A stretch of DNA of 63,203 nucleotides, filler included, from Choristocarpus tenellus KU-1152 (lineage: Eukaryota > Protista > Phaeophyceae): assembly GCA_964200185.2 (NCBI GenBank). It is 11 parts of 11 records of this genome, joined end to end, with 100 filler letters (N's around TTAATTAATTAA, not from the genome) between each part and the next. Parts side by side here need not be neighbours in the genome. Positions count along the whole stretch, not along the records: positions 35,657 to 48,460 come from CAXNAD020001698.1; positions 48,561 to 51,481 come from CAXNAD020023647.1; positions 51,582 to 54,974 come from CAXNAD020020336.1; 8 more parts are not named here. The stretch is one strand, 5' to 3'. The notes beneath the pieces are model-generated. The model did no database searches and was not told where the DNA came from. It saw only the letters and a program-made list of their open reading frames with translations. Shown piece after piece: positions 38,801 through 52,754 of the stretch (positions are counted from its first letter, which is position 1; each line of letters begins with the position of its first letter). The position numbers and the translations under genes are program-made.

Positions 38801-40193
38801 GGAAAAGGTTTTGTTCAAATATTTTCATTGCCTTTTATTCGCTTTTTATTCCTATCTACTAAATTGTAAGTATTCTTAATCCAACATTCTCAACATTTTA
38901 ATGTTCTTCATACTATTATATACTATATATTTTATCATTGTTCTTACTCCATAATTCTCGAGATAGTTGATGTTATATTTAGGGTGTGGTTCTGTGTGAT
39001 AAGCGGTGATACGACGAACCAAAAATGAGTTGAGAAAGGAAGTGAGAGATGACTGAGGCATGGTGGGCGTATGTTGTGAGTGTCAGAGTGGCATGTAGAT
39101 CAATCTCCAGCGTGATTGGTTGTCACAAGTCAGCACAGAAAAAACACAATCTCGGGCTTCGCTGGTTTGAATGTACCGTTCGTGTCGGGATTACCGTGAG
39201 TAGATCGTGTGTCTGACTCACACCACATCTGCTGGACTAACTTCAATGTCAACAGGTGCTCGCGCAAATACATCTCACTGCGCACAGTATCCACATCACT
39301 GTCGGGAGATCCCAAAAATGCGACCTGTCCCTGGCAGATGTTAAAATATCGTTACTCCTGCACCATCTTCATAAAATGATCACAAAAATTACAATGGTCT
39401 TATCGATATCTGCAATATAATGTTATGTCTGGCCTCTATTTTCACCTGACTCTAAACCACTTCCCAAACCACAGATGCTAACGCAGACAACAAACACAAT
39501 CTGTGCAAGCCAGCTGGCCGACACAAGTCTAATAAGATCACACTTCCGAGGACTAGCTCAACCAGTAATGGGAGAGAGTGCTGGAGTGGCTGGGGGCAGA
39601 AGAAGCGGACATCAAGGAGGTTGGTCTGGTAAGGGCAAGACTCATCCTGAGACTGAGGGAGTCATCAAGGCAGGCAGTGCGGAGGCGATCACAACATACA
39701 AGAAATAAAAGGGCCAAAGAGATTACGCCAAGCTCGGGTGCGTTTAGTTGAATGGGAAGTGGGATGGAGTAGGCGATCTGAGGTAGAAGCGAAAGATGCG
39801 GTTCTGGCGACCTGTGGTGCATGAGTCGGTGAATGTCAATTTCGTTTTCATGTACCTCTTAATGACGGCAGATCCAAATGTATATCCATGCATATACATG
39901 TAAATATGTGTGTATGTATCTTAGCTGTGGGTGGTGTTCATTGCCAGTGGTCAACACCCCTTTGCCTATGATATTCCCGACTTGTTTTGTTTGAGTAGGT
40001 GGTAGTGCCACTCCCTGTGATCACAAAGCGAGGCATAAGAATATGGATAGGTAGGATAAAGACTACAATTCTTATGGTAACCCCAAAATAGTAACAGAGA
40101 TATTTATCAAGTCATCACCAGTATCTCACTCACGAAAGAAAAAATCTAACTTCATTGACCATACTCTGTAGGGTAGACCGTGTCTTACTATCA

Positions 40194-40205
40194 TTATTGT
40201 TGTTG

Positions 40206-40237
<32 letters not shown>

Positions 40238-40239
40238 GG
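40194..40239 (+). repeat. Compound (TTG)n(TGG)n microsatellite
   Basis: Directly visible trinucleotide runs. Confidence 0.9.
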
Positions 40240-40261
40240 TCTAATTGTATTATACATATTA

Positions 40262-40300
40262 TATTATTATGCCCTCTGACATTTTGTAGATGTGTGAGGG
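40262..40300 (-). mobile_element. Very short 3'-terminal fragment of the RLE element with (TAA)n tail
   Basis: TATTATTATGCCCTCTGACATTTTGTAGATGTG matches 54741-54777. Confidence 0.6.
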
Positions 40301-41018
40301 GAATATTACATTATTGTCAGAGTTGTTTGCAATGAAAGAAAAGATAGAGAGGTTGAGTCCCATATGGAAGTGGGTACATCATCTCAAATGCGACCACAAA
40401 ATCTGATATCAAAACAAAAAGTCGAATAAATTAGACTGGGGTGTGTGATGTTGGAAGTTTCACTATCGAATTTTGGATCTCTATTGGATATCAAATCTTA
40501 CATAGGTTAGAAGCATTTACTACCATGAATATTTTTGTTATTACTACTATTGTTGCTATCAGTTCTTCACCCAGCGAAAAAAATGCAAACAATTCGCTGA
40601 ATTTTACCAAGTTCTTCTTGCATTTAATTGAATAGGTCCAGCTTTTTTGCAAATATTTCAAAGCCTTCTTTTGGAGCCACATTCTAGTAAGGTCTATGCT
40701 ACACAAAAGCAGATAGTTTGTACTAGTACTTTGCAACAGGTTTAAGGGACGTTTGTATTCTTTCTTTACTAATCAAACAGTTTTTGCACAATAAAATCTC
40801 TTTCACTCGAACAACTTCACAACCTTACAGCATTTTTGCACACCATAAACAGTCTATATCACTTCCTTGAAACTTTCCATTTCCTTGCTCACCCAACCTA
40901 TCCTTTCGTTCTACCATGACAAAATTCCTCAATGTGACTTTAGCGATATGGTACCCAGTGCGACCTTGATGGACAGTATCACCAGAGATGTGCCTAAGAA
41001 AGAGCGGGGTAGAGGAGA

Positions 41019-41052
41019 AGGAGGAGGAGGAGGAGGAGGAGGAGGAGGAGGA
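41019..41052 (+). repeat. (GGA)n microsatellite
   Basis: About 11 GGA units. Confidence 0.9.
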
Positions 41053-41767
41053 GACCTATGAAGTTCCGAGGAAGAGGGGTGTTGGGAAAGCAAGGATCAA
41101 GAGCACATGTCCAATCGAGCTTTGATTAGAAACACTACAAGAATCAGGACAACCCTGGTGTAATCTGACTGAATTTTGTTAGAGTTAGCTGCAGCTGTAG
41201 CAAGAAATTTCGAGGACAAAGTCCAAGTTGAAAGTCTGTAGCCCTCCAAAAAATTCGAATTTGTTTTTTTTTTATCAATCCCAAACCTTTCGGCAAGCAA
41301 AGTACCCTCAGGTATACCCCATGTGTCCTCCTTAAACGACAAAGAGAAGCTATTGGTAAGGGAGTGCTTTCATATCTCCTGCGAGGATGAAGTGTACGGC
41401 GGGAAGGAGCTTTCTACTTCACTCAATAGTTCAAGTTATCGGGGTATTGCAGACAAAGTTTAGCAATATATACTACATATACAGCCAATGTGCCACAGTA
41501 TGCATTCTATGTCTCGATTGTGTCATCGGTCAATTAGATTCACTTCGGCATGGCTGTTCGCTGATGCCTTACCCACTGTCCTCTCGGTGGAGAGATAGGA
41601 TAGACACACCTCCAACCCTACGATATGGACACCAACTGGTGTTGATGCTGGAGATGAGGAAGGTATATCATTCTAGCACTCTCGTTGTATGTTGATGGTG
41701 TGTTGTTATGATAGAGCTCCAACACCACTCACGTAGCAAGATTGTGTTGCATTTTCAACGGATGTCA

Positions 41768-42026
41768 GAGTCAAAGTATCTTAGGGGGTACGACCGCGTC
41801 CAAATGGGGGTCGAAATCCAAAGTTGCGATTTTGATGTAGTTTTGGCTATTGTGTTTTTTAGGAAGTGTCAATATCCTTGTTCCGGATACACCTTTTCAT
41901 AACGTATACATTTTACCTATTCCGAAACATTTCGGAGTAGGAAAATGTAATTAAGAAACCCGTGGGAAGTCAAGCCCCAAACGGACAAACAGGGCAAAAC
42001 TCGTACCCTCTAAGATACTTTCACTC
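41768..42026 (+). mobile_element. MITE subfamily A, TSD GTCA
   Basis: 26-bp TIR GAGTCAAAGTATCTTAGGGGGTACGA / TCGTACCCTCTAAGATACTTTCACTC, with GTCA at 41764-41767 and 42027-42030. Confidence 0.93.
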
Positions 42027-42899
42027 GTCAGATAGATGCAGGTGTCTACAGTATGAGATTTAGACGAATGTCTAACGAGATGGTCAACAATTTGTAGAGG
42101 ATTATGATACGTGGGTAAGATGAGATCCGGGCCAAGACAGATGAGTCATGAGCAAAGGTTGGCAGGGATCTGTACCAGACATTAAATAATCTCTCTACTT
42201 AGACAATTGGTTGTTCTACTATTACGGAAATGCAATATATACAGAATATGCAAAGGGGTACGAAACCAGCAAGTGCGAATTCTCAAGTCAAGACTGTTTT
42301 GGACGAGATCTTTGCAGATGATCCAATCCATTTACTGTACGATATAGGCCGTATCATTTTACAGCAGCGTGGGATTAGCTCTGCTCTCTTGTGAAGATTA
42401 CAAGAGCGTCCAAAGTCACAAATATGAAGGCGATAGGTATCATTTCCGGAAGAACCAAAGACCAGGACCAGGTTTATGTCCAGTAATGCTATCAAGAGTG
42501 TGCGCCGATAAGGGGCTTGAGAGATAGATGAGGGTGATTATTGATGTTGTACCAATTTGAACCTCATGAGATGAGAAGACAGACAGGTCAAGTGGCCTAA
42601 TACACCTTCGGGGTTCAGGTCAAGCCACAGCCTTTGATATTATGGGTTTACAAATGCCAGAGGCTTCTAGCGGAAATGTATGTGTGTATGATCAACATTG
42701 TTCAAAACGTAGTACATTTAGGGAGAGGTGTACGATATCCCTTGGCTATTTGACACCGGTCATTGCTGTTCGGGGCAGTAACGTCTGAAGGCAGAGAATA
42801 AAGAGTTCTTGTTTGGAGTGCAGAAAGGACAGCTTTTAGCATATGGGATGTAAGAGAAAGCGATGTAACACAGAAGGAGTGTCCGATGTGGAATGTATA

Positions 42900-43780
42900 T
42901 CTAGGATGGGCTATTACCGGTCCAGAGTGGAAGAAAGGGAGTTGGGTTAGGGTGTACAAACCTCTGCCTACCATGGGAGAGTTGTGTCAGGAGAAGAACA
43001 GCATCGCAAGCAGAGATTGGAATGCAACCGACTTTGCAATAGCAACTTGTTGGACAGGATCGTTTCAAGGCTTGGGAATGGACTATGTACCACTGGAAGA
43101 AAATTCATGTAGGGAATTATTGATTTGTTGCTACTTGGATTTGCACCATACTGGGACAAGATATTGTATATCGAAGCACATTTCTGTGTAGCGATGTAAG
43201 ACTTGTGAGCAGATAGAGGAAGTGCAGCCAAATCATTTTCTACCTCTCAAGCATGTATGCCGTTTTCTGTTGCATCTATTTGCAGAGAGTTCCCTAACGC
43301 TGTCGTTACATGGGGGAGACGTGGAGCTAGCGGATCCGCAGGAGACCGCATGATCGTTGCAAATGTCAAGGAATAGGTTTGTCACAAGTATTGAAGGCTT
43401 GTTGACACCATTGATGATATGTATGAGGTGCTTTGGGCTGGAGCTCTCTACGCGTCCTGGAAGAGAGAGGAATATATATTTCCACATTGTACAGCAAAGA
43501 TAGCCAAGCACCAGAGAGGTAGATTGTAAGCTGAAAACGTTTGTATGAACTCCAACTGACCACATCTTTCCAAGTGAGCTACCGACGACTAGCATTCTGG
43601 TCAGCGCTCAATAGGGGATTTTTATGTGTAGGATGTCGTTGGTGACCATTCAGGTGAATGTGCAGATACACCGCCTTTGAAATGAGGAGTGGAGAGCATC
43701 ACATGCAAGTCATTTTCGCCACGTAGGGTGATTTGCAGACAATTGGAAATTGATATGTGTTAAATGTATATTATGTATTA
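42900..43780 (+). pseudogene. Decayed gypsy integrase C-terminal region
   Basis: GSWVRVY..CWTGSF..YLDL..ISV*RCKTC and MYEVLWAG..SWKREE resemble the C-terminal extension of algal gypsy pol (recalled similarity, not searched). Confidence 0.55.
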
Positions 43781-44888
43781 CATGAAACCATCTACACAAA
43801 ACAAGCTGTACGAACAATTAGTGTGTAAAACGAGAAACGGGAATCCCTTCTTCTGTGCACCTGGAGTCCTCCTTCCCCACCTTTCTGTACGAAGGAATAC
43901 TACAGAAGATCAGTATGGCACAAAACAAGAGAACATGCGTTCAGTGCTAAGTCGCTCGAGAAACTCCAATCCCTGCTTCGTCTGGGCCTTTGGAAGCCTC
44001 CTCTCTCCTTCTGAGTGTAAAGGACTGCTAACCATTAACAAACCAACGTTCCCGAGCTCTAAGGTCGACCAATCCAGGTGCCAAGCAGGACATATATAAT
44101 CAATATATTACACACTCCTTGCAGTTCATCGTTCATTCTAACCTAGTTCAAATTTGACAAGGTTTGTATGATCCAGTTCCGATTCATATTTATTCCAATC
44201 TCATCATCACCTAGGTGACATCACCACTAGTGCCAAACAATCTGTATCGTGCACATTTTACGAAACACGTTTGAAAGGATTTGAGTATTTATTCTAGAGT
44301 CTCGTTGGGCAGAGATTGTTTGCAGATCATGTAGGTATGTCGGCTATCACAGCCACCTCGACACACTACTTCCAGCCGTGATCCTGTAGGAGCAGTACCT
44401 GCACAGAGCAAGGAAGTGATGAAGAGGCAATTGTGTGTATCAGCAAAATGTACTTCAGTGGGGTGAGTATGTGAATGAATAAATATATATATATATATAT
44501 GTACACATCCATGTCCTTTGTGTGTAAAAATATGACGACAAACTGGTCTGAAGTGTTTCGTATTCCTCTACCACTTTCATCAATGATGTCTTCCTTACAC
44601 ACGTTTAGTGAAGAGGAGTGTGACTCTGTCCCTTAAGCCTCAAAGTACCCAAGACTTGAGGTTGTTGCTTAGGCGTATTATGCAGTGAAGTACCAACCCT
44701 AGCGAATATTTGGAGCTCTCATTCTTATACTGAATGAAGTTTCGCGAGTGCGGGACGATCCAAATCCGTTTGTTGACTCTGTTGTTACCTGCATTGCCCC
44801 CCGCCCCAAAAGAGAAACACTAGGAAGACAATGCTCACTTGTCGCCAATTGATCTATACAATTCTGTTCAATCGACCCCTTCTACCTT

Positions 44889-45066
44889 GACTCAAAGTAT
44901 CTGGGGGGGGGGGGGGCGGCTGTCCATTTGGGGCCAATTGTTTCATGTCGCGAGTTTTGGGTGATTTGGTTTCATACGTTGGATGAATAATGAAAGTGCA
45001 CTTTTCCTGGTTTTGTTCAAATGGACACTCTGGTGTAGACCCCCCCTCCCCCAGATACTTTGGGTC
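44889..45066 (+). mobile_element. MITE subfamily B (complete, 178 bp)
   Basis: GACTCAAAGTATCTGGGGG ... CCCCCAGATACTTTGGGTC. Confidence 0.88.
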
Positions 45067-46509
45067 TTTCATCAGTGATGTATTTCTTACACACTTCTAG
45101 TGAAGGGGTGTAGGACTCTGACCCTTTTCCCACAGAGTGCCCAAGAAGTGAGGCTATTGTTGACCCTGAACCTAGTGAATATTTGTATCTCTCATTCTTG
45201 CGCGGAAATGAACCTTTAAAAGTGGGGGATAGCAAAGCCAGTTTCTTCACTTTATCGTCACCTGTATTGCCCCAGCTCAATGAACAATAGCAAGATTATG
45301 CCGGCTTGTCACCAATTGATTGATTCAATTCTGCTCAATCAACCTGTGATACGTTGATGAATACCTCTTAGCCGCCCTCAATCTGCGTGGCATCACTCTC
45401 GATTCCCTCTAGACTGAGAGCCATTCACACGCAAAATACAAATAATACAAAACAGGTGTTACAATAGTCAATCATCCCTCCAGAACAAGAAGCAGTATTC
45501 AACATCAACCAATATGCTAAAGGCCCTTACTGGGTGTCAATCATTAATTCCGTATCCACCTCACGCGAAAGTAATCTTCACCTCCATCCCTTTGATAGCA
45601 GACGTTTCTATGGGTCATGTAACTATCTACGCCAGAGTATGTATCCTGCTGTCATTGTTTGCCGAATATTTCCTTCTAGTGTTGAATAGTGGTTGAATTA
45701 AATTTGATTCTTGTAGTGAGAATATCAAAGGTTGGGATTGCCAGGTGAAACATAACATGTGTTGTGATTAATGTCAAAGGCTATTAGCCTCAATAAAGTA
45801 GAGATGTAGTATCAATTTGTGTAGATCGAAGCAGTGCACTGAAGTTTGTACCATTTGTTACCCGTTGTACGGAACTATTTAGGGGTCCAGAAACAAAGAA
45901 ATGTTTAGGCTACGAGAGTATCACCATCACCATATCCTATGAAGGCATTAGTAATCCCTAGCACTCTGACCATAGCCCTCTCTATAGCTACAATATACTT
46001 TAGTCACGCACAATAGCATCACATACCATGACGATGCAACGACTATTGATGACCTTAAAAGTATTATAATACTTATGTGATTCCTCTCCTTAAGAATCCT
46101 CTTCTGTATTATCATGGTTAAGGATAAAATACACTGAAATGTGACACTCCCGTCAGGCTTAGCTTTTGGTAAAATACTAGGATCCTGCGTTGAAGTATAA
46201 GCGCCCACCAGTCACTGAAGGCTTTTTAATTCAGCACAATGAAGGTGCCTCTTCTGTCTCTTAGTGTTACACTGCAGAAAAAGGCGGAATATTGTGGTTG
46301 TCTCGATCCTGCCCTCACCCCATTTGTCACACTGTGTGCAGGTCTATGCCGATCTATGCACATCTACGTTTTGTTCATGAGTCAATCCATAAATTCATGT
46401 TGTCTTCTTCTTACCTCACCATCCTGCTTCTCTTTCAACTTGGTACCTTCTCTCCAATGATTCTTGTCCTGCTCCTCGAATTGACTTTGAATCTCCTCCT
46501 CCTCCTCAG

Positions 46510-46766
46510 GAGTCAAAGTATAATAGAGGGTAGGGTCGCGTCCATTTGGGGGCCAAAACTCAATGTAACGATTTTGATGTAGTTTTGGCTATCGTGTTTG
46601 TTAGGAAGTTTCAATATCCTTGTTCCGGAAGCACCTCTTCATAACATACGCATTTTACCTACTCCGAAATGCCTCGGAGTAGGAAAGTGTCTTAAAAAAA
46701 CGTGGGAAGCCAAGTCCCAAATGGACAAACCGGGCAAAACTCGTACCCTCTTAGATACTTTCACTC
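46510..46766 (+). mobile_element. MITE subfamily A
   Basis: Both TIRs and the full A interior are present; no clean TSD (CT-rich site). Confidence 0.9.
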
Positions 46767-47667
46767 TCCTCCTTCTTGTCATCATTATCCATGTTCACGT
46801 GTTGCTCTTTGTGCCTACAGTGTTCGCGTCCATCAGTCTGGACGCAGTGTTTGTAGGACCACACGAGCGATCAATCATTACAGCACCTTGCTGAAACAGG
46901 GAGTCGAATATTGAGTGGTGCACGGAATCAGAGTCCCTCCGTTGGGGCCCACCAACGTTCAGCCGCACATTGAGGCACATCATCAACGGGGAAGATTACT
47001 TGTCATTGCTACACTTGTCGTGTTCTTCTACTCCAAAGAGATACAGCCTTTCCTGATCTATTCCCATTCTCCAGGAGGTTGGGAGTAGAAACTATTTCAA
47101 GGGGATGGTGAAGGAGAAGTTCCAAATTCCAAATGCATCGATGATACACATTGGTATCAAGACAAGCAGTTCCTCAACGAGAGTGTACGACCTCACTCGC
47201 AATTTGACACATTGAGGAACTGCTTGTCTTGATATCAATGTGTATGATTAATGCAGTTGGAATCTCGCCTTCTCCACCACCATTCCCTTGTAATAGTTTC
47301 TACTCCCAAGCTCCTGAAGAATGGGACTAGATCCGGAAAGGTTGCAACACTTTGGAGGAGGAGGACATGACAAGTGTATAGGGACAGAGGTTGTGGATGT
47401 AGTAATTCATTCGACACATGTTTGTAGGACTGGAGTTGGTGTTCAGTAAGTATAGTGACATTCAATACGACTCTTGACATCACCCACTAGTCCCCTTCCC
47501 ATCGCTTGCAATGATATTCCAATGTATTCTCGTCGTCTTCCTATCGAAATTGTGCATCAGAACATATGAGGGACCCATGCCGGAGGAGATCGAAGGACCT
47601 TTTCTTACCTTGCTTGCGTAGTACAAATTCTTGGAACCCCTCTGCCTTTCTTTCCTCCACTGAGGTA

Positions 47668-47937
47668 TCTCTAGTACGGACTGAGTCACCAGGGTTCATT
47701 CGTTGAGTGACCCCTTGACATTACTACCCCTCCAGCATTTGGTAGCAAGAGGGAAAATGTTCCCCTGCATTCGGATTGCAGCGTTGATGCATTATTTTCC
47801 TCCACAGAAATATCCCTAGCACGGACTGGGTCACCAGATTCATGTGTTGACTGACCCCTGGACATTACTATCCTTCTAGCATTTGGCAACAAGAGGAAAA
47901 ATGTCCCCCTGCACTCGGACTGCCAAATTGATGCATT
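47668..47937. repeat. ~145-bp diverged tandem duplication
   Basis: CTAGYACGGACTGRGTCACCAG...TTGATGCATT occurs twice, and the minus-strand ORF repeats NNAS..QSECRGTF.LLLPNA..VMSRG.ST.E. Confidence 0.8.
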
Positions 47938-48018
47938 GTTGAGTTTATTCTTCACCTCCAGTTCTCTACTGATTATTTTATCATATTGTTTTTGCTATAG
48001 ACTGATCTCCAAACATTG

Positions 48019-48460
48019 GAGACCGCATGATCGTTGCAAATGTCAAGGAATAGGTTTGTCACAAGTATTGAAGGCTTGTTGGCACCATTAAGTGATATGC
48101 ATGAGGTGCTTTGGGCTGGAGCTCTCTACGCGTCCTGGAAGAGAGAGGAAAATATATTTCCACATTGTATAGCGAAGATAGTCAAGCACCAGAGAGGTAG
48201 ATTGTAAGCTGAAAACGTTTGTATGAACTCCAACTGACCACATCTTTCCAAGTGAGCTACCGACGACTAGCATTCTGGTCAGCGCTCAATAGGGGTTTGT
48301 GTCTGTGTAGGGTGCCGTTGGTGACCATCATTTAGGTGAATGTGCAGATACACCGCCTTTGAAATGAGGAGTGGAGAGCATCACATGCAAGTCATTTTCG
48401 CTACTTAGGGTGATTTGCAGACAATTGGAAATTTATCTGTGTTAAATGTATATTATGTAT
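48019..48460 (+). repeat. Second copy of the gypsy 3' segment 43341-43779
   Basis: ~440-bp near-identical direct repeat running to the contig end. Confidence 0.9.
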
Positions 48461-49099
48461 NNNNNNNNNNNNNNNNNNNNNNNNNNNNNNNNNNNNNNNN
48501 NNNNTTAATTAATTAANNNNNNNNNNNNNNNNNNNNNNNNNNNNNNNNNNNNNNNNNNNNCAGTGCAGTGCACCAATCAACAGTCAGTACAAGCTGGTAG
48601 TATGTGTATCATATCAACAAGAAACAAATGAGTAGCCTATGTTTTAACAAGTTCCTCTGACCACGGGTCGGAATAAATAGGGTGAAGACATTTTTTTTGT
48701 TATGTTCTACACATATATATATATATATATATTTATTGCTAACATTGAATCACATCACAAAATGGCCTGGATTATCCCCATCGTGGTTAGACACAAACGC
48801 TGTACTATACGTACTTACTCAAACCATGTAACTACTCTCTTCTAGATGCTGCAATACCGCTATAATTGTAGTGCCTCCCATGCCTGTATTTCTTCTCCTG
48901 CGCTGGGTTCAGTACTCCCACTCCTCGTCACCCCGTCTCCTTTGTCGGTACTTCTGGTTACCTGGCCAGAAGTTTTCACCTCGATCTTGGTCCGGCATTA
49001 TTGTGGTATAGCCACAAACACGACATAACTCGTATGCAATATGTAGAGCTTGCCACGTGGAATACCATTATGCAAACCAGATTTCCGCGAGAAAAAGTC

Positions 49100-51400
49100 T
49101 AACTTCAAAAGGGTTCAATCCCTTAATTATTTGTGCAGATGGTGTGAGCGATGAGGACACCCCATGATTTTGTACGAAGGTAAATAGAGCGTGGTTAACC
49201 GTAACCTAACATGGTAGTGAAATATTTTATACTGATGAGGTCGATTTATCTTGATTTGTACGATCAGTACAATACTCACGTTGGAAGTATGGTGGGTGAT
49301 GAGCAAGATTACCTTAGAGGAGTTTATCGCTTGGTCGACAACTGACTAGGTAACAACTGTTAATTCCCGTAGGGAGGAAGAGAGAATCAACCTTGGGCAT
49401 TGATTCACTTAACATCGTTCTCCAATATCACAATGCCTCGTCGCAGTCTTTGGTGTCCCTAATCTATGCTTGAATGCTTGTAGTGAAGGGTCTGTTGCCA
49501 TGCAGTGGCGTTGAGAGTTGTCCTGAGTCCTACCTGGGCGACATCTGCCAGGCACGTTAGGGCTCTAATGCTCCAAGACCTGAAGGCACAAGGCACAAGG
49601 GGTGGCTAGGGTGGAACTAGATGGCTGTGGACGTAATGAATGAGACAAGAAGACTGGTGGCTAAAATGTTCATCGCCAAGGCCCAAGCAATATATGTCTT
49701 CAATATAGAGCTTCACGGGTTCATCACATGGTGTTGCATTGTTTATGAGCTTTGGGAACTGGAGATCGACATGTGCCATGACTGGGGAAGTGGTCAAACT
49801 GAAGTGAGATCAATCGATATACTCCTGCTACAAATATAAAACTTTGTGGCCAGATCACATGGGAATATGTTTTAATGCTATCCTCCTCCCCCAGCATCTA
49901 GACACTGCACACAAAGAGTGACCTCGTTGCAGCAGAAAAATAGACTGGAACAAAATCAAAGAGAGGGGAAAGAAGGTTACAGGCCAATAGCGCAAGCATT
50001 TCTTCCCGTGTATTAGCATACACGAACATTTTGTGATAGATGTATAGTGTGAGGATTGTCTCTCGCGTTCTAACAAGTGCGAACAATATACGATATTAGT
50101 AACACATAGGTAGCCTTACAGAATAAATTACGATTTGATAGGAGATGCAGAGTAAAATGTGAAATTCAAACATAATCTTACAGAATAGATGTCAATTCCT
50201 GGAAGTTGCAGAATAAAGATTTATGATTGAAGTATCTACTTAGCAGTTTGCAGACTTCATTAACTCTTTGGCTGTAGAAAATTGGTGGATGATACTAATA
50301 GAAGGCTGATGCGGACCCCCACGCCCTCAGTTCTTTTTGATGTACCTCTTTTGATAAAGCGAAAAGCGAGACATTTACTGAGCTAAGCATCAAGATGACA
50401 CCGTACGTGGTTATCATCTGTGGACCCCCCTCGTAGCGTCGTTTTAAGGTTGTTGGATTTGAGTTGTACATCCTGTGGAGGTGAGTTCTGAGGGGCGCCT
50501 GTAACAAGAACAGTGCAAATTGTAATAATGTAATGTGGTTCTATATCAACTTTTTGGCAAAAAAATAGGAGATCATGCCAAGAATAACACGCAAGTACAA
50601 TGAGCTAATAGCGAGCAGGGACTGAGTTCCAAGGCTTTTTGGAGATGAGGTGTCACAGGCAGTGTGTTACAGGAGATGTATCTTAAAGACTTTTCATAAG
50701 CGCTATTGAGACCTTGAAGTCCAAGACTTTATGTATGGTACTTCTTGATCATTTATTTGATATAGTCCCAGTATAACGAGGTATATATGTATATGATTGC
50801 ATTGTCGATTTATGTATCCGAATGAAAACAATGAAGTATGATGGACGCGAGAGATCCAGCATATTTGATGACATTTCAATTATGGAGCCTTCTACAAGCC
50901 TGATCATCTGCATACAACCTTGTGCATTGGAGTTACATATCCCACCAAGGTAAGCTTGTGGACTGTGAGGAGGGTCGGGCGAGGTCGTAATGTTCTAGCC
51001 AGCCATGGAAGCGCGGGGAAACGGACTTTCTTGACCGCACGGCCAAAAGTGGTAAAATACAGACAAAAACAGAGTTTGAAGTCATAGGATGATCTGAGGC
51101 TCTCATCAAATAATAGATGCACAGACAGAGAGCAGGTACAGTCGGTGTCACTCTTCATGGACAGAAGGGTGAATTGGAAAGTGAACAGACCAATCATTAT
51201 AATGTGTCACTCTTCATGATTTTCATCAGTGTGACCGCTGGGGTTTGCAGATGATGGGTAGTCTGTTGAACTATCCCACACTGGACCCGCGGCTTTAATG
51301 GTGCTTTAATGAAGGACAAAGAACAGCTTGATATAGATGAGTAAGATTAATTTTACAAGGGTCTTTGTCATCTCGATTCCGCTGACTGAGAAGGTGGGTA
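49100..51400 (+). pseudogene. Possible heavily decayed copia-like remnant
   Basis: Degenerate zinc knuckle CRWCER*GH..FC at ~49133 and a weak KY..LIA motif at ~50593. No intact frame. Confidence 0.3.
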
Positions 51401-51581
51401 AGACCAGTGCAGCCTACCATGTGGGATTTGCAACGTCCACGTGAATAATCAGAAAAGAATCATATCTACTTATCACACGTGNNNNNNNNNNNNNNNNNNN
51501 NNNNNNNNNNNNNNNNNNNNNNNNNTTAATTAATTAANNNNNNNNNNNNNNNNNNNNNNNNNNNNNNNNNNNNNNNNNNNN

Positions 51582-51609
51582 CCCCCCCCCCCCCCAGATA
51601 CTTTGGGTC
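51582..51609 (+). mobile_element. MITE subfamily B right-end fragment
   Basis: C-run followed by CAGATACTTTGGGTC at the contig start. Confidence 0.7.
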
Positions 51610-52754
51610 AACCACTGTTGGGTCATTTGAAGCCGTTCCAATCGCCTATGCTGGAAGGTCCATGAAGGAATGCGGAAGCACAGAATGTGAGACATGCCTT
51701 GACAACGCAAGCATACATGGATGTGGCGGTCCCTGGATTTTTGAAGTGGTTAGGAGAGGAAGCCCCAGGCTTGACCCTCCCCCGACTCTTACGAAGCAAG
51801 TGTTGGTGCAGACAACATTGGAAACCAGGAAGAAGATCATTCCGAAGACATCCTATGTTCGAACACACTTCGATATGATCCAGGTGAACTAAGGCGCCGC
51901 AGAAGATTGTCACCAGAGTGTACATCCCCCTCTGTCTGACCTGAGTATGAAGGTAGATGTTGCTTGAGTTCCTGCTGTATTGCACTTCACTTCCGTAGGT
52001 TACACACCTGAAATCCATAATCACAATGCTCAATGGCGAGTATCTTGACATACACACATCCAACACTCTTCTTGCTTCCCAGTCTTGTTCCCCGAGGAAA
52101 ATTGCGATCTGGGGAGCAGGAGACGGACTGCCTGCAGAAGCTGTGCGACCAGTTGTGAGAGGAACAGGAGAAATCGAGGATTACTGGGAGTACCATCGAC
52201 CTTGTTGGGGGGGGGGGACGAAGGCGAATCTCCAGCGGCGACTAAGGCTAAAGTGGTGGGGTCTCAGTCAGGAGGTCCCACCTCAGTCCTGCCAGCGCCA
52301 CCCCAGAAAGGCCCAGCCAGGAACTACCCTCTCCTGGATCAGGGGGGAGACCTTTGCCCCAGGTTTCCCTATTCCCCCCCCTCCAAAAAAAATCCCAGAT
52401 GGTTGGGTCCCTCCATATCTTATCCTCTTTGCAGTATATAGGCCCCTATCCAACGATATGCTCCAAGTCTTTGACGTAAGCGTGAAAGAGGGACCCCCAC
52501 AAGAAACGTCCATATCCTCATGTGGCTTAAGGAAGGATGGGGGGGTTGTGGAGTCCTCTTCAATGGAGGGTGTGGATTCAATGAGGGTGTCCGGGCAAGC
52601 AGCAACCCAGGATCGAGGAGCCGACAGCAGTTACGGAGGGCTGCTGAGGAGGACTTGAAGTTGGAAGCAGAGTCCAGGAAAAAAAGTAGAATGGATGACC
52701 ACATTAATAGTGCCCTCGTATCATATTGGATGATGCAGCTAGAGACATGAGGAG

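Noticed and set aside
36680-39330. Scattered exon-like blocks
   Set aside because: Could not be joined into a consistent frame or assigned to a family.
40460-40850. Possible hAT transposase remnant on the minus strand
   Set aside because: Only a vague resemblance, with many stops and no termini.
51620-52740. 210-aa ORF at 52026-52658 as a host gene
   Set aside because: No splice structure or clear domain. It weakly resembles a decayed gypsy C-terminus, too faint to call.
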